The notes: generated by a model from the sequence alone, not told the origin. 34,923 bases of DNA, filler included, from Nitrospinae bacterium RIFCSPLOWO2_12_FULL_45_22 (GCA_001803565.1; 2 parts of 2 records of this genome joined end to end with filler, not necessarily neighbours in it); one strand, 5' to 3'; numbered from the whole stretch's first letter, positions 16,236-25,386 are shown. Numbers and translations are program-made.

Positions 16236-18020
16236 ATGACAGGATTCAGAGATGTGCTGGAAGCAAGATTTCGCCTCCAGGAACATGAAGGGCCAGATAA
16301 GGTATGTGACTTGAAAGAGGCGATAAAAAGGCATATCGAGCCTGGGATGACTATCCATTTGGGGCAGACCGGTGTGAGGTGGTGCAGTGCAGCGATATAC
16401 CAACTGGCTCGAGAGTTTTGGGGGACAAAACCGGCTTTTACCCTCGTAGGGGTATCTCTAAATCATCCGGTAGCGGTTCTGGTGCATGGTGGTCTGGTCA
16501 AGAAGCTGATTGCCAGCTATTATGGTGACCCTTATTATGCCCCTACACCCAATGCGGTTTACCAGAAGGCCTTTCAGGAAAAGGCGGTCGAGTTTGAGAA
16601 CTGGTCTATCCTTACCCTACCGCTCCGGCTAAAAGCGGCAGCTATGGGGGTCAAGTTTATGCCCACAAAATCCCTTATAGGCAGTAGTATGGCAGAAGAG
16701 AATCGGCACAGCTTCCAGGTAGTAGATGATCCCTTTGAACCGGGTGAAAAGATTGGCCTGGTAAAAGCACTCCAGCCCGATATTACTTTGATCCATGGCT
16801 GGGCAGCGGATCGCTATGGTAATGCCATATTCCTACCCCCTTATTTAGAGAACCTTTACGGGGCTATGGCCAGCCGCAAAGGGACCATATTAACAGTCGA
16901 AAAGATTGTCTCTACTGATTTTATCCGCCAGCATGCCCACCTGGTAAAGTTACCTGGTAGCTATGTGGCCAGTATCTCCGAAGTACCATTTGGTGGCCAT
17001 CCTAGCGGGTTATCTAGCTCCGGACTTAAAGAAATAGAGGTTTATGCCGAAGATTATGAGTTTGTGGACCAGGCCAATAAGGCAGCTAAAGACCCTGATA
17101 AATTGCAGGCCTGGATAGCTAAATGGGTACTGGAATGTAAAGATCATTGGGACTATCTGGAAAAACTAGGCTATGAAAGGATATTACATTTAAAAGGTAG
17201 GAGTCGGGTTGATGCCTGGAAATACAACCTGGAGGCACTACCAGCCGAGATCAATCCGCAAAAATATAACCCCATAGAGATGGCTGTGGTAGCCGCAGGC
17301 CGGAAGATAAAAGAGAAAATTTTAAAAAATAAGTATCAGACTATTTTAGCTGGGGCCGGAATGGCTAACCTGGCAGCCTGGCTAGCCTATCATGCCCTGA
17401 AAGAAGAGGGGTATCAGGTGGAGCTTATGGCCGAGATGGGGCTCTATGGGTATGACCCAAGGCCCTTTGATCCGGCTATCTTTAATCACGCCAATTTCCC
17501 TACCTGCAAAGTTATTAATGATGTACACTTGATTATGGGTATCCTTATGGCCGGTGAAAAGAATAGCTGTTTAGGCTCATTAGGGGCAGCCGAGATAGAC
17601 AAATGGGGCAATATAAATACCACCGTGGTAGGGGGCAAGACTTATATAGTGGGTTCAGGCGGGGCAAATGATGTAGCCAGTGCCAGCCAGGAGATAATAG
17701 TCACCGCGCTCCAAACCCCTAAACGCTTTGTTGAAAAAGCCTCCTACATCACCTCCCCGGGGAAAAAAGTAACTACGTTGGTCTCTAATCTGGGTATCTT
17801 CGAAAAATTAGATAATGAACCGGAACTTACCCTTACCGGTTATTTCTCTCACCCGCCTCTGTCCACTAAAGAAGAAACGGTTCGTTATATAAAAGATCAC
17901 TGCGGCTGGGAGCTTAAAGTTTCTCCTGATCCCCAGAAAATTCCTCCCCCTACCAGGGATGAGTTACTCTTATTGAGGACCTTTGATCCGTATAGATACT
18001 TTATTGGCGACTCCGTATGA
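16236..18020 (+). CDS. Fused alpha+beta family-I CoA-transferase (glutaconate CoA-transferase-like)
   Basis: DKVCDLKEAI, ADRYGNA, PFGGHP, ELMAEMG (catalytic Glu position), AEIDKWGNINTT, GSGGAND. GGAG RBS before ATG 16236. Confidence 0.9.
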   Translation: MTGFRDVLEARFRLQEHEGPDKVCDLKEAIKRHIEPGMTIHLGQTGVRWCSAAIYQLAREFWGTKPAFTLVGVSLNHPVAVLVHGGLVKKLIASYYGDPYYAPTPNAVYQKAFQEKAVEFENWSILTLPLRLKAAAMGVKFMPTKSLIGSSMAEENRHSFQVVDDPFEPGEKIGLVKALQPDITLIHGWAADRYGNAIFLPPYLENLYGAMASRKGTILTVEKIVSTDFIRQHAHLVKLPGSYVASISEVPFGGHPSGLSSSGLKEIEVYAEDYEFVDQANKAAKDPDKLQAWIAKWVLECKDHWDYLEKLGYERILHLKGRSRVDAWKYNLEALPAEINPQKYNPIEMAVVAAGRKIKEKILKNKYQTILAGAGMANLAAWLAYHALKEEGYQVELMAEMGLYGYDPRPFDPAIFNHANFPTCKVINDVHLIMGILMAGEKNSCLGSLGAAEIDKWGNINTTVVGGKTYIVGSGGANDVASASQEIIVTALQTPKRFVEKASYITSPGKKVTTLVSNLGIFEKLDNEPELTLTGYFSHPPLSTKEETVRYIKDHCGWELKVSPDPQKIPPPTRDELLLLRTFDPYRYFIGDSV

Positions 18021-18050
18021 CATATCCATACCCATAAGTTAATCATGAAG

Positions 18051-18250
18051 AACCACAAAGACACAAAGGACACAAAGCGAAGTGATGAATTGAAAGTATT
18101 GAGCCAATCCATGAGGCGTAACTTCTGACATATCTTAAACTTTCTAATTTATGGCTTGGACTCTTAATAAATTTTAATGTTCCTGTGCTAAAGGAAGGTA
18201 TCCGTAGGATTGTAAATTGATTTCTTTGTGATCTTTGTGTCTTTGTGGTT
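18051..18250. mobile_element. 9-mer-based inverted-repeat element carrying a GxxExxY remnant
   Basis: AACCACAAAGACACAAAGGACACAAAG 18051-18077 vs CTTTGTGATCTTTGTGTCTTTGTGGTT 18224-18250 (25/27). Confidence 0.65.
18098..18220 (+). pseudogene. C-terminal fragment of a GxxExxY (PD-(D/E)XK-like) protein
   Basis: Manual translation [42 protein letters not shown] stands where the family has Q (AQLLTYLK...GLLINF). Confidence 0.85.
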
Positions 18251-18284
18251 TTAACCCGGCTTAGGAACTAGTAATCCAGTAATA

Positions 18285-19322
18285 ATGTACTGTTTATACC
18301 CTTATGAACAAGGGCCTATAAGGCCACCGAGTGAGGCCCACAGCCTCCTTATCCGCGTCACCCGTAATTGTCCCTGGAACCAGTGTGCCTTCTGCCCGGT
18401 ATATAAAGACCATAAATTCCAGAGAAGGTCAGTAGAAGAAGTTAAGGGAGATATTGTGCGGGCAGCACAATTTTTTGGGCCCAATATAAACCTCATCAGG
18501 AGCGCCTTTCTGCAAGATGCCGATACCGTTATTATCAAAGCCCAGGAACTAGTAGAAATAATATCTTTTGTTAAGGCAAAGTTCCCTTTCCTGGAAAGGA
18601 TCACGAGCTATGGCCGGGGTAAAACCCTGGCCAAAAAAGAAGTAGCAGACCTAAAACAATTAAAAGAAGCGGGACTCTCCCGCATCCATATGGGCCTGGA
18701 GACCGGCTATGATCCGCTCTTAGCTTATATGAGAAAAGGTGCTACTGCCCACGAGATGATTACCGCAGGGAAGAGGGTAGTAGAATCCGGCATCTCCCTT
18801 TCTCTCTATGTGATCCTGGGCCTGGGAGGGAAAAAATGGTGGCCAGAGCATGCCCGAGAAACTGCCAGGGTAATAAACCAGATAAATCCCCATTTTATCC
18901 GGGTACGGACTCTACGCATACCGGAGGGTACTCCCCTTCAGCAAAAGGCACAAACAGGAGAGTTTATCCCGTTAACCGATCAAGAAGTGGCGCTAGAAGA
19001 ACGCTTATTAATAGAGAGCCTGACGGATATAAATAGCTATTTTGCCAGTGACCATATCCTCAATCTGCTGGAAGAAATAGAGGGGCAACTGCCAGGGGCA
19101 AAACCCTGGATGCTGAACGTTATTGACCGGTTCTTGCAACTTCCTGAAGAAGAAAAACTCAATTTTATTATGGGCCGCCGGGGTGGTGCTTATAGGAGTC
19201 TGGATGATCTAGATAACGAGTTATTACATCAGCGGATAGCCGGGGCGATAGACCGGCTCCGCCAGGAAGGCCCTGACCGTATAGAAGAAGCCCTACAATT
19301 ATTAATGGAGCGGATGCTTTAA
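18285..19322 (+). CDS. Radical SAM protein
   Basis: RPPSEAHSLLIRVTRNCPWNQCAFC (CX4CX2C variant), RIHMGLETG. Confidence 0.9.
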   Translation: MYCLYPYEQGPIRPPSEAHSLLIRVTRNCPWNQCAFCPVYKDHKFQRRSVEEVKGDIVRAAQFFGPNINLIRSAFLQDADTVIIKAQELVEIISFVKAKFPFLERITSYGRGKTLAKKEVADLKQLKEAGLSRIHMGLETGYDPLLAYMRKGATAHEMITAGKRVVESGISLSLYVILGLGGKKWWPEHARETARVINQINPHFIRVRTLRIPEGTPLQQKAQTGEFIPLTDQEVALEERLLIESLTDINSYFASDHILNLLEEIEGQLPGAKPWMLNVIDRFLQLPEEEKLNFIMGRRGGAYRSLDDLDNELLHQRIAGAIDRLRQEGPDRIEEALQLLMERML

Positions 19323-19324
19323 TG

Positions 19325-19403
19325 GTAAGCGTTCAGGTATCAGCCTTCAGTATAAATAATTGTGAGGCGTAAGGAGTGAGAGAGCTGACGGCTGAGCGAT
19401 TAT
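19325..19403. mobile_element. Degenerate IS66-end-like MITE
   Basis: GTAAGCGTTCAGG ... GGCTGAGCGATTAT; flanks CTTTAATG / CTTAACTG (6/8). Confidence 0.45.
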
Positions 19404-19420
19404 CTTAACTGAGGTTAATT

Positions 19421-20458
19421 ATGATAATACCAGAAATCCGACATAACCTGATTACCCGCGACTGGGTCATTATTTCTTCCGCGCGGAGTAAGCGACCCGA
19501 CGAATTTCATAAGAAATTAGAGGGACCCGAAGAAAGCGCCCCTGACTATAAGCCAGATTGCCCTTTCTGCCGGGGTAATGAAGACAAAACACCCCCGGAA
19601 CTATTCCGGATTGGAGCTGGCGATAGGGGCTGGCAGATACGGGTTATCCCGAATAAATTTGCTGCCCTGTCCCGGGAGGGAGAATTACACAGAAAAGTAG
19701 AGGGTGTTAAGAGGGCAGTTAGCGGTGTCGGGATTCATGAGGTAATAATAGAACATCCACTGCATAATGTTACTACTGCCCTGCTGGATAATGATGGGGT
19801 GAGAAAGATTCTGCTGGCTTACAAGACCCGTTATCTAGAGATTTATAAAGACCCTCGGATACAACTGGTAATTATCTTTAAGAATCATGGTGAAGGGGCT
19901 GGCACCTCTCTGGAGCACCCCCATTCTCAAATCATTGGCACACCTGTTATGCCCCCCCATGTACGCCACCGTATGGAAGAAGCTATGCGCTACTATGACG
20001 ACACCGGCGAATGTGTCGTCTGTAAGGTCATGGAAACTGAGCTAGCTGACCAAGAACGAGTAGTGGTAGATGGGGTACATTTCCTCTCCTTTGTCCCTTA
20101 TGCGGCCCTCTCTTCTTTCCATATCTGGATATTTCCCAAGAGACACACACCTTCCTTTGGCGAGATCCAGCCAGACGAATTGGAAGACCTGGCAGGGGTA
20201 TTAAGGACAACCCTGGCCCAGCTCTATCATGGGTTGAACAACCCGGATTTTAATTATGTCATTCACTCTATCCCCGAGGTAGGTCGGGGTACGGAATATT
20301 TCCATTGGTACATAAGCATTGTCCCCCGGCTAGCTAAGATAGCCGGCTTTGAACTGGGTTCTGGTATGTTTATTAACCCATCGCTGCCAGAAGATAATGC
20401 CCAATTCCTCAGGGAAACCACTGTCGATAATCCCTTAACCCCTATTCCAGAAAATTAA
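19421..20458 (+). CDS. galT: Galactose-1-phosphate uridylyltransferase
   Basis: RSKRP, CPFC, PNKF, FKNHGEGAGTSLEHPHSQ, AGFELGSG. Confidence 0.93.
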   Translation: MIIPEIRHNLITRDWVIISSARSKRPDEFHKKLEGPEESAPDYKPDCPFCRGNEDKTPPELFRIGAGDRGWQIRVIPNKFAALSREGELHRKVEGVKRAVSGVGIHEVIIEHPLHNVTTALLDNDGVRKILLAYKTRYLEIYKDPRIQLVIIFKNHGEGAGTSLEHPHSQIIGTPVMPPHVRHRMEEAMRYYDDTGECVVCKVMETELADQERVVVDGVHFLSFVPYAALSSFHIWIFPKRHTPSFGEIQPDELEDLAGVLRTTLAQLYHGLNNPDFNYVIHSIPEVGRGTEYFHWYISIVPRLAKIAGFELGSGMFINPSLPEDNAQFLRETTVDNPLTPIPEN

Positions 20459-20479
20459 AGGCAATTCCCTAATAAAATC

Positions 20480-20652
20480 GTAACCGTTCGGCCACCAAGG
20501 CCCTGAGTCACTAAGGAGCTCAAAGCTTAAAATGCAAAGTGTAAAATTAAGGTAATTATTTCTCAGCTTTGCACTTTTAGCTTTGCGTTTTACGTTTCAT
20601 TGGTGTCTTCGTGCCTTAGTGGCAGATAAAGCTTATCTAGGTGAACGCTTAT
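20480..20652. mobile_element. Degenerate IS66-end-like MITE with nested palindromic repeats
   Basis: GTAACCGTTCGGCC ... GGTGAACGCTTAT. Inner GCCACCAAGG/CCTTAGTGGC IR; the 7-mer tract at ~20562-20601 recurs inverted at ~24166-24206. No clear target duplication. Confidence 0.5.
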
Positions 20653-20680
20653 AGAATAAAAAATGATAGGGAGGTAGATA

Positions 20681-21256
20681 ATGGTAAAGGTGGAAGAGAT
20701 AATGGAAGAAGTGCAGGAAGAAATACGTACCAGGAAAGAAATGTATCCTTATACTCTCCGGGTCCTTAATGAGAAATATAATCCCTTAGCAGCCGAGGAG
20801 GGCCATCTGGAGCATTTAAAGAACGTCAATGAAAACTATGGCATGGTAGCGCATGATGATCCCGACTATCCTGAGCTCAGACAGATAAATGAACTCTGGG
20901 ATACCTTGCCTGAATTTCAACCCATCTCCCATAAGCCGATAATTGGAGCATTAATAAATTTGCTCCATAGAATGGCCTTTCGGGTGGCAATGAGATACCT
21001 GAACCTGGTATTTAAAAAACAGCGGGAGTTTAATGCCCACCTGGTCAGATTACAGAACCAGTACCGGATAAGGGCTGACCATCAGATACGGTTTTATGCC
21101 GAACTGGTTCGACACCAGAACCGGAACCGCAAAGTCTTTGAACGCCAAGAAGAATTTAACAGCTATCTGGTTGAGTACAGCAACGAAGTAGAGGCCAGAC
21201 TAAACCTCTTAGAAAGCAGACTAAAGCATCTCGAACTGAAAGTAAATACTCGATAA
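20681..21256 (+). CDS. Hypothetical coiled-coil protein with three 21-aa repeats
   Basis: GGGAGGT RBS; QREFNAHLV / QIRFYAELV / QEEFNSYLV spaced exactly 21 aa apart. Confidence 0.8.
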   Translation: MVKVEEIMEEVQEEIRTRKEMYPYTLRVLNEKYNPLAAEEGHLEHLKNVNENYGMVAHDDPDYPELRQINELWDTLPEFQPISHKPIIGALINLLHRMAFRVAMRYLNLVFKKQREFNAHLVRLQNQYRIRADHQIRFYAELVRHQNRNRKVFERQEEFNSYLVEYSNEVEARLNLLESRLKHLELKVNTR

Positions 21257-21280
21257 TCTGACACCCTATTTCAACAAGTT

Positions 21281-21494
21281 GTAATAGTTTAGCCACAAAA
21301 AAGCACAAGAAAATTCGGGTTAAGTTTATAACCACAAAGACACCAAGGACACAAAGAATTTAATTGACCATCATCGAGATGCTACCCTTCTTTTTCTTAG
21401 TGTTCTTTGTGGCTTTGTGGTTCATATTGTTTTTGTTCTTTTTGCGCATTTTTGCGGCTTATTTTTAGAAGACTTTAGTCGGCTAAACATTTAC
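21281..21494. mobile_element. IS66-type MITE (214 bp) with 8-bp target site duplication
   Basis: TIRs GTAATAGTTTAGCC / GGCTAAACATTTAC (12/14); AACAAGTT duplicated at 21273-21280 and 21495-21502. Confidence 0.75.
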
Positions 21495-21590
21495 AACAAG
21501 TTACATGAAAAACATAGTGATTCGGATAGTTGTCAAAGACCAGGGTTTCTGCCACCGGTTCCTAACCCCTGGCCAAACATCCGATAAAAG

Positions 21591-22280
21591 TTAGTAAACT
21601 ACTCGACGGGAACGGAAAACACCGGCGGGGAGGGCGGAAGGGACCGTGCGGATCCTAAGCTTGCCAGAAACCCAGCTAACGGCAGGCACACCGCCACCAG
21701 AGTAGCGCGAACCCGTACAAATAGTAATATTTTCCATGTCTAAATGTTCCCCGGTCTCTCTAAAATATTTTAATTCATGTAGCAAACGCTCTTCTAAAGT
21801 CTCAGTAGTTATGTTTTTTGCTTTTATTTTGTCTGCCGAGAGGCTTCTAAATTCCTCGTCTGCCTCCACGTAGTCACGAACCCAAATAGCATAAGCATCA
21901 TTTTTGCTGGTTCTCTCTGAATAAGTGACAAGATTGTCGAGGGTAACACCAGCAAATTTCCAGCAAGGAAATAATTCTCCACATTTATCATAAAGCCGCT
22001 GAGGTGTCATTCCTCCGGCCATAATGATAAGCCGGTTAAAACCGGACTCTTTTTCCGGAATCTGCAGATTTGAAAAATCTGCTCTAATCCCGAAAATATC
22101 CTGGTAAAAACCTTTCCATTCAGTAATCAATTCCTCGATGCTTCTCTCCTCTAAAGGAATTCTGTGTTCCACAAAAGCTTTTGCAGGTCTTAACGCACTC
22201 TCTTCTTTATTCCGACGGAACAAATCTTTGAGTCCGCCGAGCCATTCCGACATGCTTCCGATTACTTTCCTCTTACTCAT
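21591..22280 (-). CDS. Hypothetical protein with a DGR-target-like (CLec-type) C-terminus
   Basis: AGGAG RBS; TLEERLLHELKYFRETGEHLD...GSRYSGGGVPAVSW...FRSRRVV; adenine-depleted 3' end. Confidence 0.75.
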   Translation of the reverse strand: MSKRKVIGSMSEWLGGLKDLFRRNKEESALRPAKAFVEHRIPLEERSIEELITEWKGFYQDIFGIRADFSNLQIPEKESGFNRLIIMAGGMTPQRLYDKCGELFPCWKFAGVTLDNLVTYSERTSKNDAYAIWVRDYVEADEEFRSLSADKIKAKNITTETLEERLLHELKYFRETGEHLDMENITICTGSRYSGGGVPAVSWVSGKLRIRTVPSALPAGVFRSRRVVY

Positions 22281-22480
22281 AGCCAGTCTCCTCCCTTCCT
22301 GCTAAGGGTTTGGTATCCTCCCCTATCTCTGCGGTGAGTGGTTAAAAAATAATGATGCCCGTTTTATAACGTCAGAAAATCTTGCCGGGGAATATCAATA
22401 GTATTGTTTCCTCATGCCAGTTTTATTCGCAGATCCTGGCTGGGGCAACAAATAGGGCTTGTTATGGACAATGAAGGTAT

Positions 22481-22810
22481 TTATCGAGGAGGTCTATCTA
22501 GGGATTGGCTATATCCCGATGGGAGCAATTGGAGTATCCCTACGGTTAGAAACCAGATAAGGACCATTTGAAATAAAGGCGTCTCTACGCGGAAGAAGGT
22601 ATAGGGCTGGCAGCTATATACCACTACCTTCCAAGCTGCCCAGAGGCAAGGCCCTGGGCCGGCATCGCAAAGCTGGCGATTGGAATAATTAGCCCTAAGA
22701 ATGCATAACGTAGAAGATAATATGAGGGCAATGAGGAAGACTATAAATATTTTTCTTGCCACAAGAGACCCTTCCGCTATCTTCATAACATGGGTGACAT
22801 AATAGTCCAA
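22481..22810 (-). CDS. Small hypothetical membrane protein (start may be ATG 22786)
   Basis: 109-aa ORF with two hydrophobic segments, ending DRPPR. Confidence 0.45.
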   Translation of the reverse strand: MDYYVTHVMKIAEGSLVARKIFIVFLIALILSSTLCILRANYSNRQLCDAGPGPCLWAAWKVVVYSCQPYTFFRVETPLFQMVLIWFLTVGILQLLPSGYSQSLDRPPR

Positions 22811-22894
22811 ATAAAAAAATAAGTCAACTCTTCGTTGGAAAATATCACCAATAGATTGTTATGCGCCAGGCTGATCAAGGATAAGAAGTGTTGC

Positions 22895-24067
22895 TTATGT
22901 CTTACAGTAGATATGGGCGATCTCGACAAATAAGGCTGCGCCTACCTTGAGGGCATCCTCCCCAAAATCAAACCTGGGGCTATGGTTTGGGATAAAAGGA
23001 GTGCCTTTTTCCCGGGTACCAATCCGTATGAAACAGCCAGGGACTTTTTGTAAATAATAGGCAAAGTCCTCTCCACCTAAGCTGATATAAGGTCTTTTTA
23101 CTCGGGCCTGGTCACCCAATATATTCCGAATAGCCCGATTGGCCAGCATAGTCTCTTTAGGAGAATTTATTACCGCCGGGTATCCCCCTTCAAATACTAG
23201 TTCAGCTTTGGCCTTATGCATAGATGCTGTCCGTTGCGCGATACGGTTCATGGCAGCCCTGATCTCTTTTCTTACCCTGGGATCAGTAGTCCTGATAGTA
23301 CCTTTTAGGACAGCGGTATCGGCTATAGCATTGAAGGTTGTCCCTCCTTCTATCCGGCCGATAGATACTACAGCCGGCATAGTAGGGTCTATCTGCCGAG
23401 AGACAACGGTCTGCAAAGCCAATACCATAGAGCTGGCTACTACTATGGCATCAACGGCCTCATGGGGTCGGGCGGCATGGCCTCCTCGACCTTTAATTTC
23501 TATAGTAAATCTTTCGGTAAAGGCGGTAACCGGGCCCGGACGGAGAGATACTTCTCCTAGCCAAAAATGTGGGTCCAGATGACAGGCAAAGATAGCATCT
23601 ACCCCATCTAAGATACCGGCTTCTACCATATACTTTGCCCCACCACCACCCTCTTCGCCTGGCTGAAAGATAAAGACCAAATTTGCTGGTAATAACTCCT
23701 TCTTGAGCAATGCCACCGCACCTAACAATATGGCTATGTGCCCATCGTGCCCGCAGGCATGCATAAAACCCGGTTTTTGGGAAGCAAAGGGTAAGCCGGT
23801 CTCTTCGGTTATTGGTAAGGCATCCATATCGGCCCTAAAAGCTATAGTGGGACCTGCATTTGAATTATTCAGATAAGCTATAACACCAGTTTGAGCAATA
23901 CCGGTCTGGATCTCTAATCCCAGGGCCTGGAGTTCTTTAGTGATCAAAGCAGCGGTACGATGCTCCTGGAAAGCGGTCTCGGGATATTGATGGATAGCAC
24001 GGCGTATCTCTACCATCCAATGAAAGATCTCTTCTGGTACAAGATCATCAACCTTATTAGCCATCAT
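22895..24067 (-). CDS. M20D-family amidohydrolase
   Basis: HQYPE, RADMDALP, MHACGHDGH, FQPGEEG, GGHAARPH, GGEDF, NHSPRF. ATG 24067 preferred because GTG 24109 falls in a repeat end. Confidence 0.93.
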   Translation of the reverse strand: MMANKVDDLVPEEIFHWMVEIRRAIHQYPETAFQEHRTAALITKELQALGLEIQTGIAQTGVIAYLNNSNAGPTIAFRADMDALPITEETGLPFASQKPGFMHACGHDGHIAILLGAVALLKKELLPANLVFIFQPGEEGGGGAKYMVEAGILDGVDAIFACHLDPHFWLGEVSLRPGPVTAFTERFTIEIKGRGGHAARPHEAVDAIVVASSMVLALQTVVSRQIDPTMPAVVSIGRIEGGTTFNAIADTAVLKGTIRTTDPRVRKEIRAAMNRIAQRTASMHKAKAELVFEGGYPAVINSPKETMLANRAIRNILGDQARVKRPYISLGGEDFAYYLQKVPGCFIRIGTREKGTPFIPNHSPRFDFGEDALKVGAALFVEIAHIYCKT

Positions 24068-24267
24068 ACAAGTTGGGTTATTAAACCTGTTATATTGGTT
24101 AATCGTCACCGTTCACCGGGGTCAGGGATCAGTTATCAGGCAGGTCTTTCCTCAAAGGCAGCAATAATGAAAGCGTAAAACTCAAAGCTAAAAGTGCAAA
24201 GCTAAGTGCTTCATTTCATAAATACAGTTACGTATTATGCCTATTTTTTGCCGTCTTTTTTATTAGG

Positions 24268-24347
24268 AAACCAAGAGGCCAGGAAATTAACCCCGCCTAA
24301 GCGGGGTTAACATCCCCTATTTTTAACCTCTCCTGTATTCCTGGTTT
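24268..24347. repeat. Nested inverted repeat at the contig end
   Basis: AAACCAAGAGGCCAGGA / TCCTGTATTCCTGGTTT around the perfect hairpin TTAACCCCGC-CTAA-GCGGGGTTAA (24287-24310). Confidence 0.6.
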
Positions 24348-24447
24348 NNNNNNNNNNNNNNNNNNNNNNNNNNNNNNNNNNNNNNNNNNNNTTAATTAAT
24401 TAANNNNNNNNNNNNNNNNNNNNNNNNNNNNNNNNNNNNNNNNNNNN
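24348..24447. other. Artificial gap / contig linker
   Basis: 44 N + TTAATTAATTAA (stops in all six frames) + 44 N = 100 bp. Confidence 0.95.
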
Positions 24448-24448
24448 T

Positions 24449-25168
24449 GGAGGAAAAACAACGCAGTGGCGGTGGCAAGTGGATGATTTAGCCAGAGATT
24501 TCCGGGTAATCGTTTTTGATAATCGGGGTGCGGGGAAGACGGATAAGCCTGATATAGAATATACCATGAAGATGTTTGCCGATGATACCGCTGGGCTGCT
24601 TCAGGCCCTAAATATTAACCAAGCAAGCGTTTTTGGCATCTCTATGGGGGGGATGATAGCCTTAGAGCTTGTCTGTCAACACCCGGAGTTAGTAAAAAAG
24701 CTTATCCTGGGATGTACTACGCCCGGTGGAAGGAACTCGGTTGTTCTGGGTAAGGATGCCCAGGAGGCCATGACATCTAACCGCAAACTCGGCCTGGAAC
24801 AATTTTATCATAAGATGATACCCTGGGTCTTCAGCGTTGATTTTTTGGCCCATAATCCTCATATGGGTGAGCAATGGTTGGCGTTGCAGTTAGAGAATCC
24901 AACTCCTGACTATAGCTATCAGCGGCAGTGGGAAGCCACTATGCACCACAATACTTTTCGGAGATTACCCCAGATCAGTGTTCCCACTCTAGTCATTACA
25001 GGCAGTGAGGATAAGCTCATACCCCCGCAGAACTCAGAGCTTATGGCCCGGGAGATACCCGGGGCGAAATTAGTCATGATGGAAGGGGCTGGGCACTGCT
25101 TCTTTGTCGAGAGGGCGGAGGAAACGAACAAAATTATCCGCGATTTTATAAAGAACAAAACAGATTAA
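24449..25168 (+). CDS. Alpha/beta-fold hydrolase (5'-partial)
   Basis: Frame open from the gap (GGKTTQWRWQVDDL); FDNRGAG, GISMGG nucleophile elbow, GSEDKLIP, GAGH. Confidence 0.9.
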   Translation, partial: GGKTTQWRWQVDDLARDFRVIVFDNRGAGKTDKPDIEYTMKMFADDTAGLLQALNINQASVFGISMGGMIALELVCQHPELVKKLILGCTTPGGRNSVVLGKDAQEAMTSNRKLGLEQFYHKMIPWVFSVDFLAHNPHMGEQWLALQLENPTPDYSYQRQWEATMHHNTFRRLPQISVPTLVITGSEDKLIPPQNSELMAREIPGAKLVMMEGAGHCFFVERAEETNKIIRDFIKNKTD

Positions 25169-25250
25169 ATCAGATTTACCCGGAATCCAAAGCAAATGCT
25201 CATGCCCCAAGGGACGCCACCAAGCATGAAAATGGGTTTATAGCAAAGAA

Positions 25251-25301
25251 GTAGCGGTGCCATTCATGGCATATTTATGGTCGCATAAATGCGACCGCTA
25301 C
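25251..25301. repeat. GTAG-type REP doublet
   Basis: GTAGCGGTGCCATTCATGGCA ... GGTCGCATAAATGCGACCGCTAC. Confidence 0.7.
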
Positions 25302-25386
25302 AAATTTTATGTTACTTTCTCATCAAATCGTGCCCTACATTTCGTTCTGGATTCAGGTTTACCCAATTTTTGCGGGGGATCGCACA

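Noticed and set aside
24348-24447. TTAATTAATTAA palindrome within Ns
   Set aside because: Artificial six-frame-stop linker, not biological; links across it should not be inferred.
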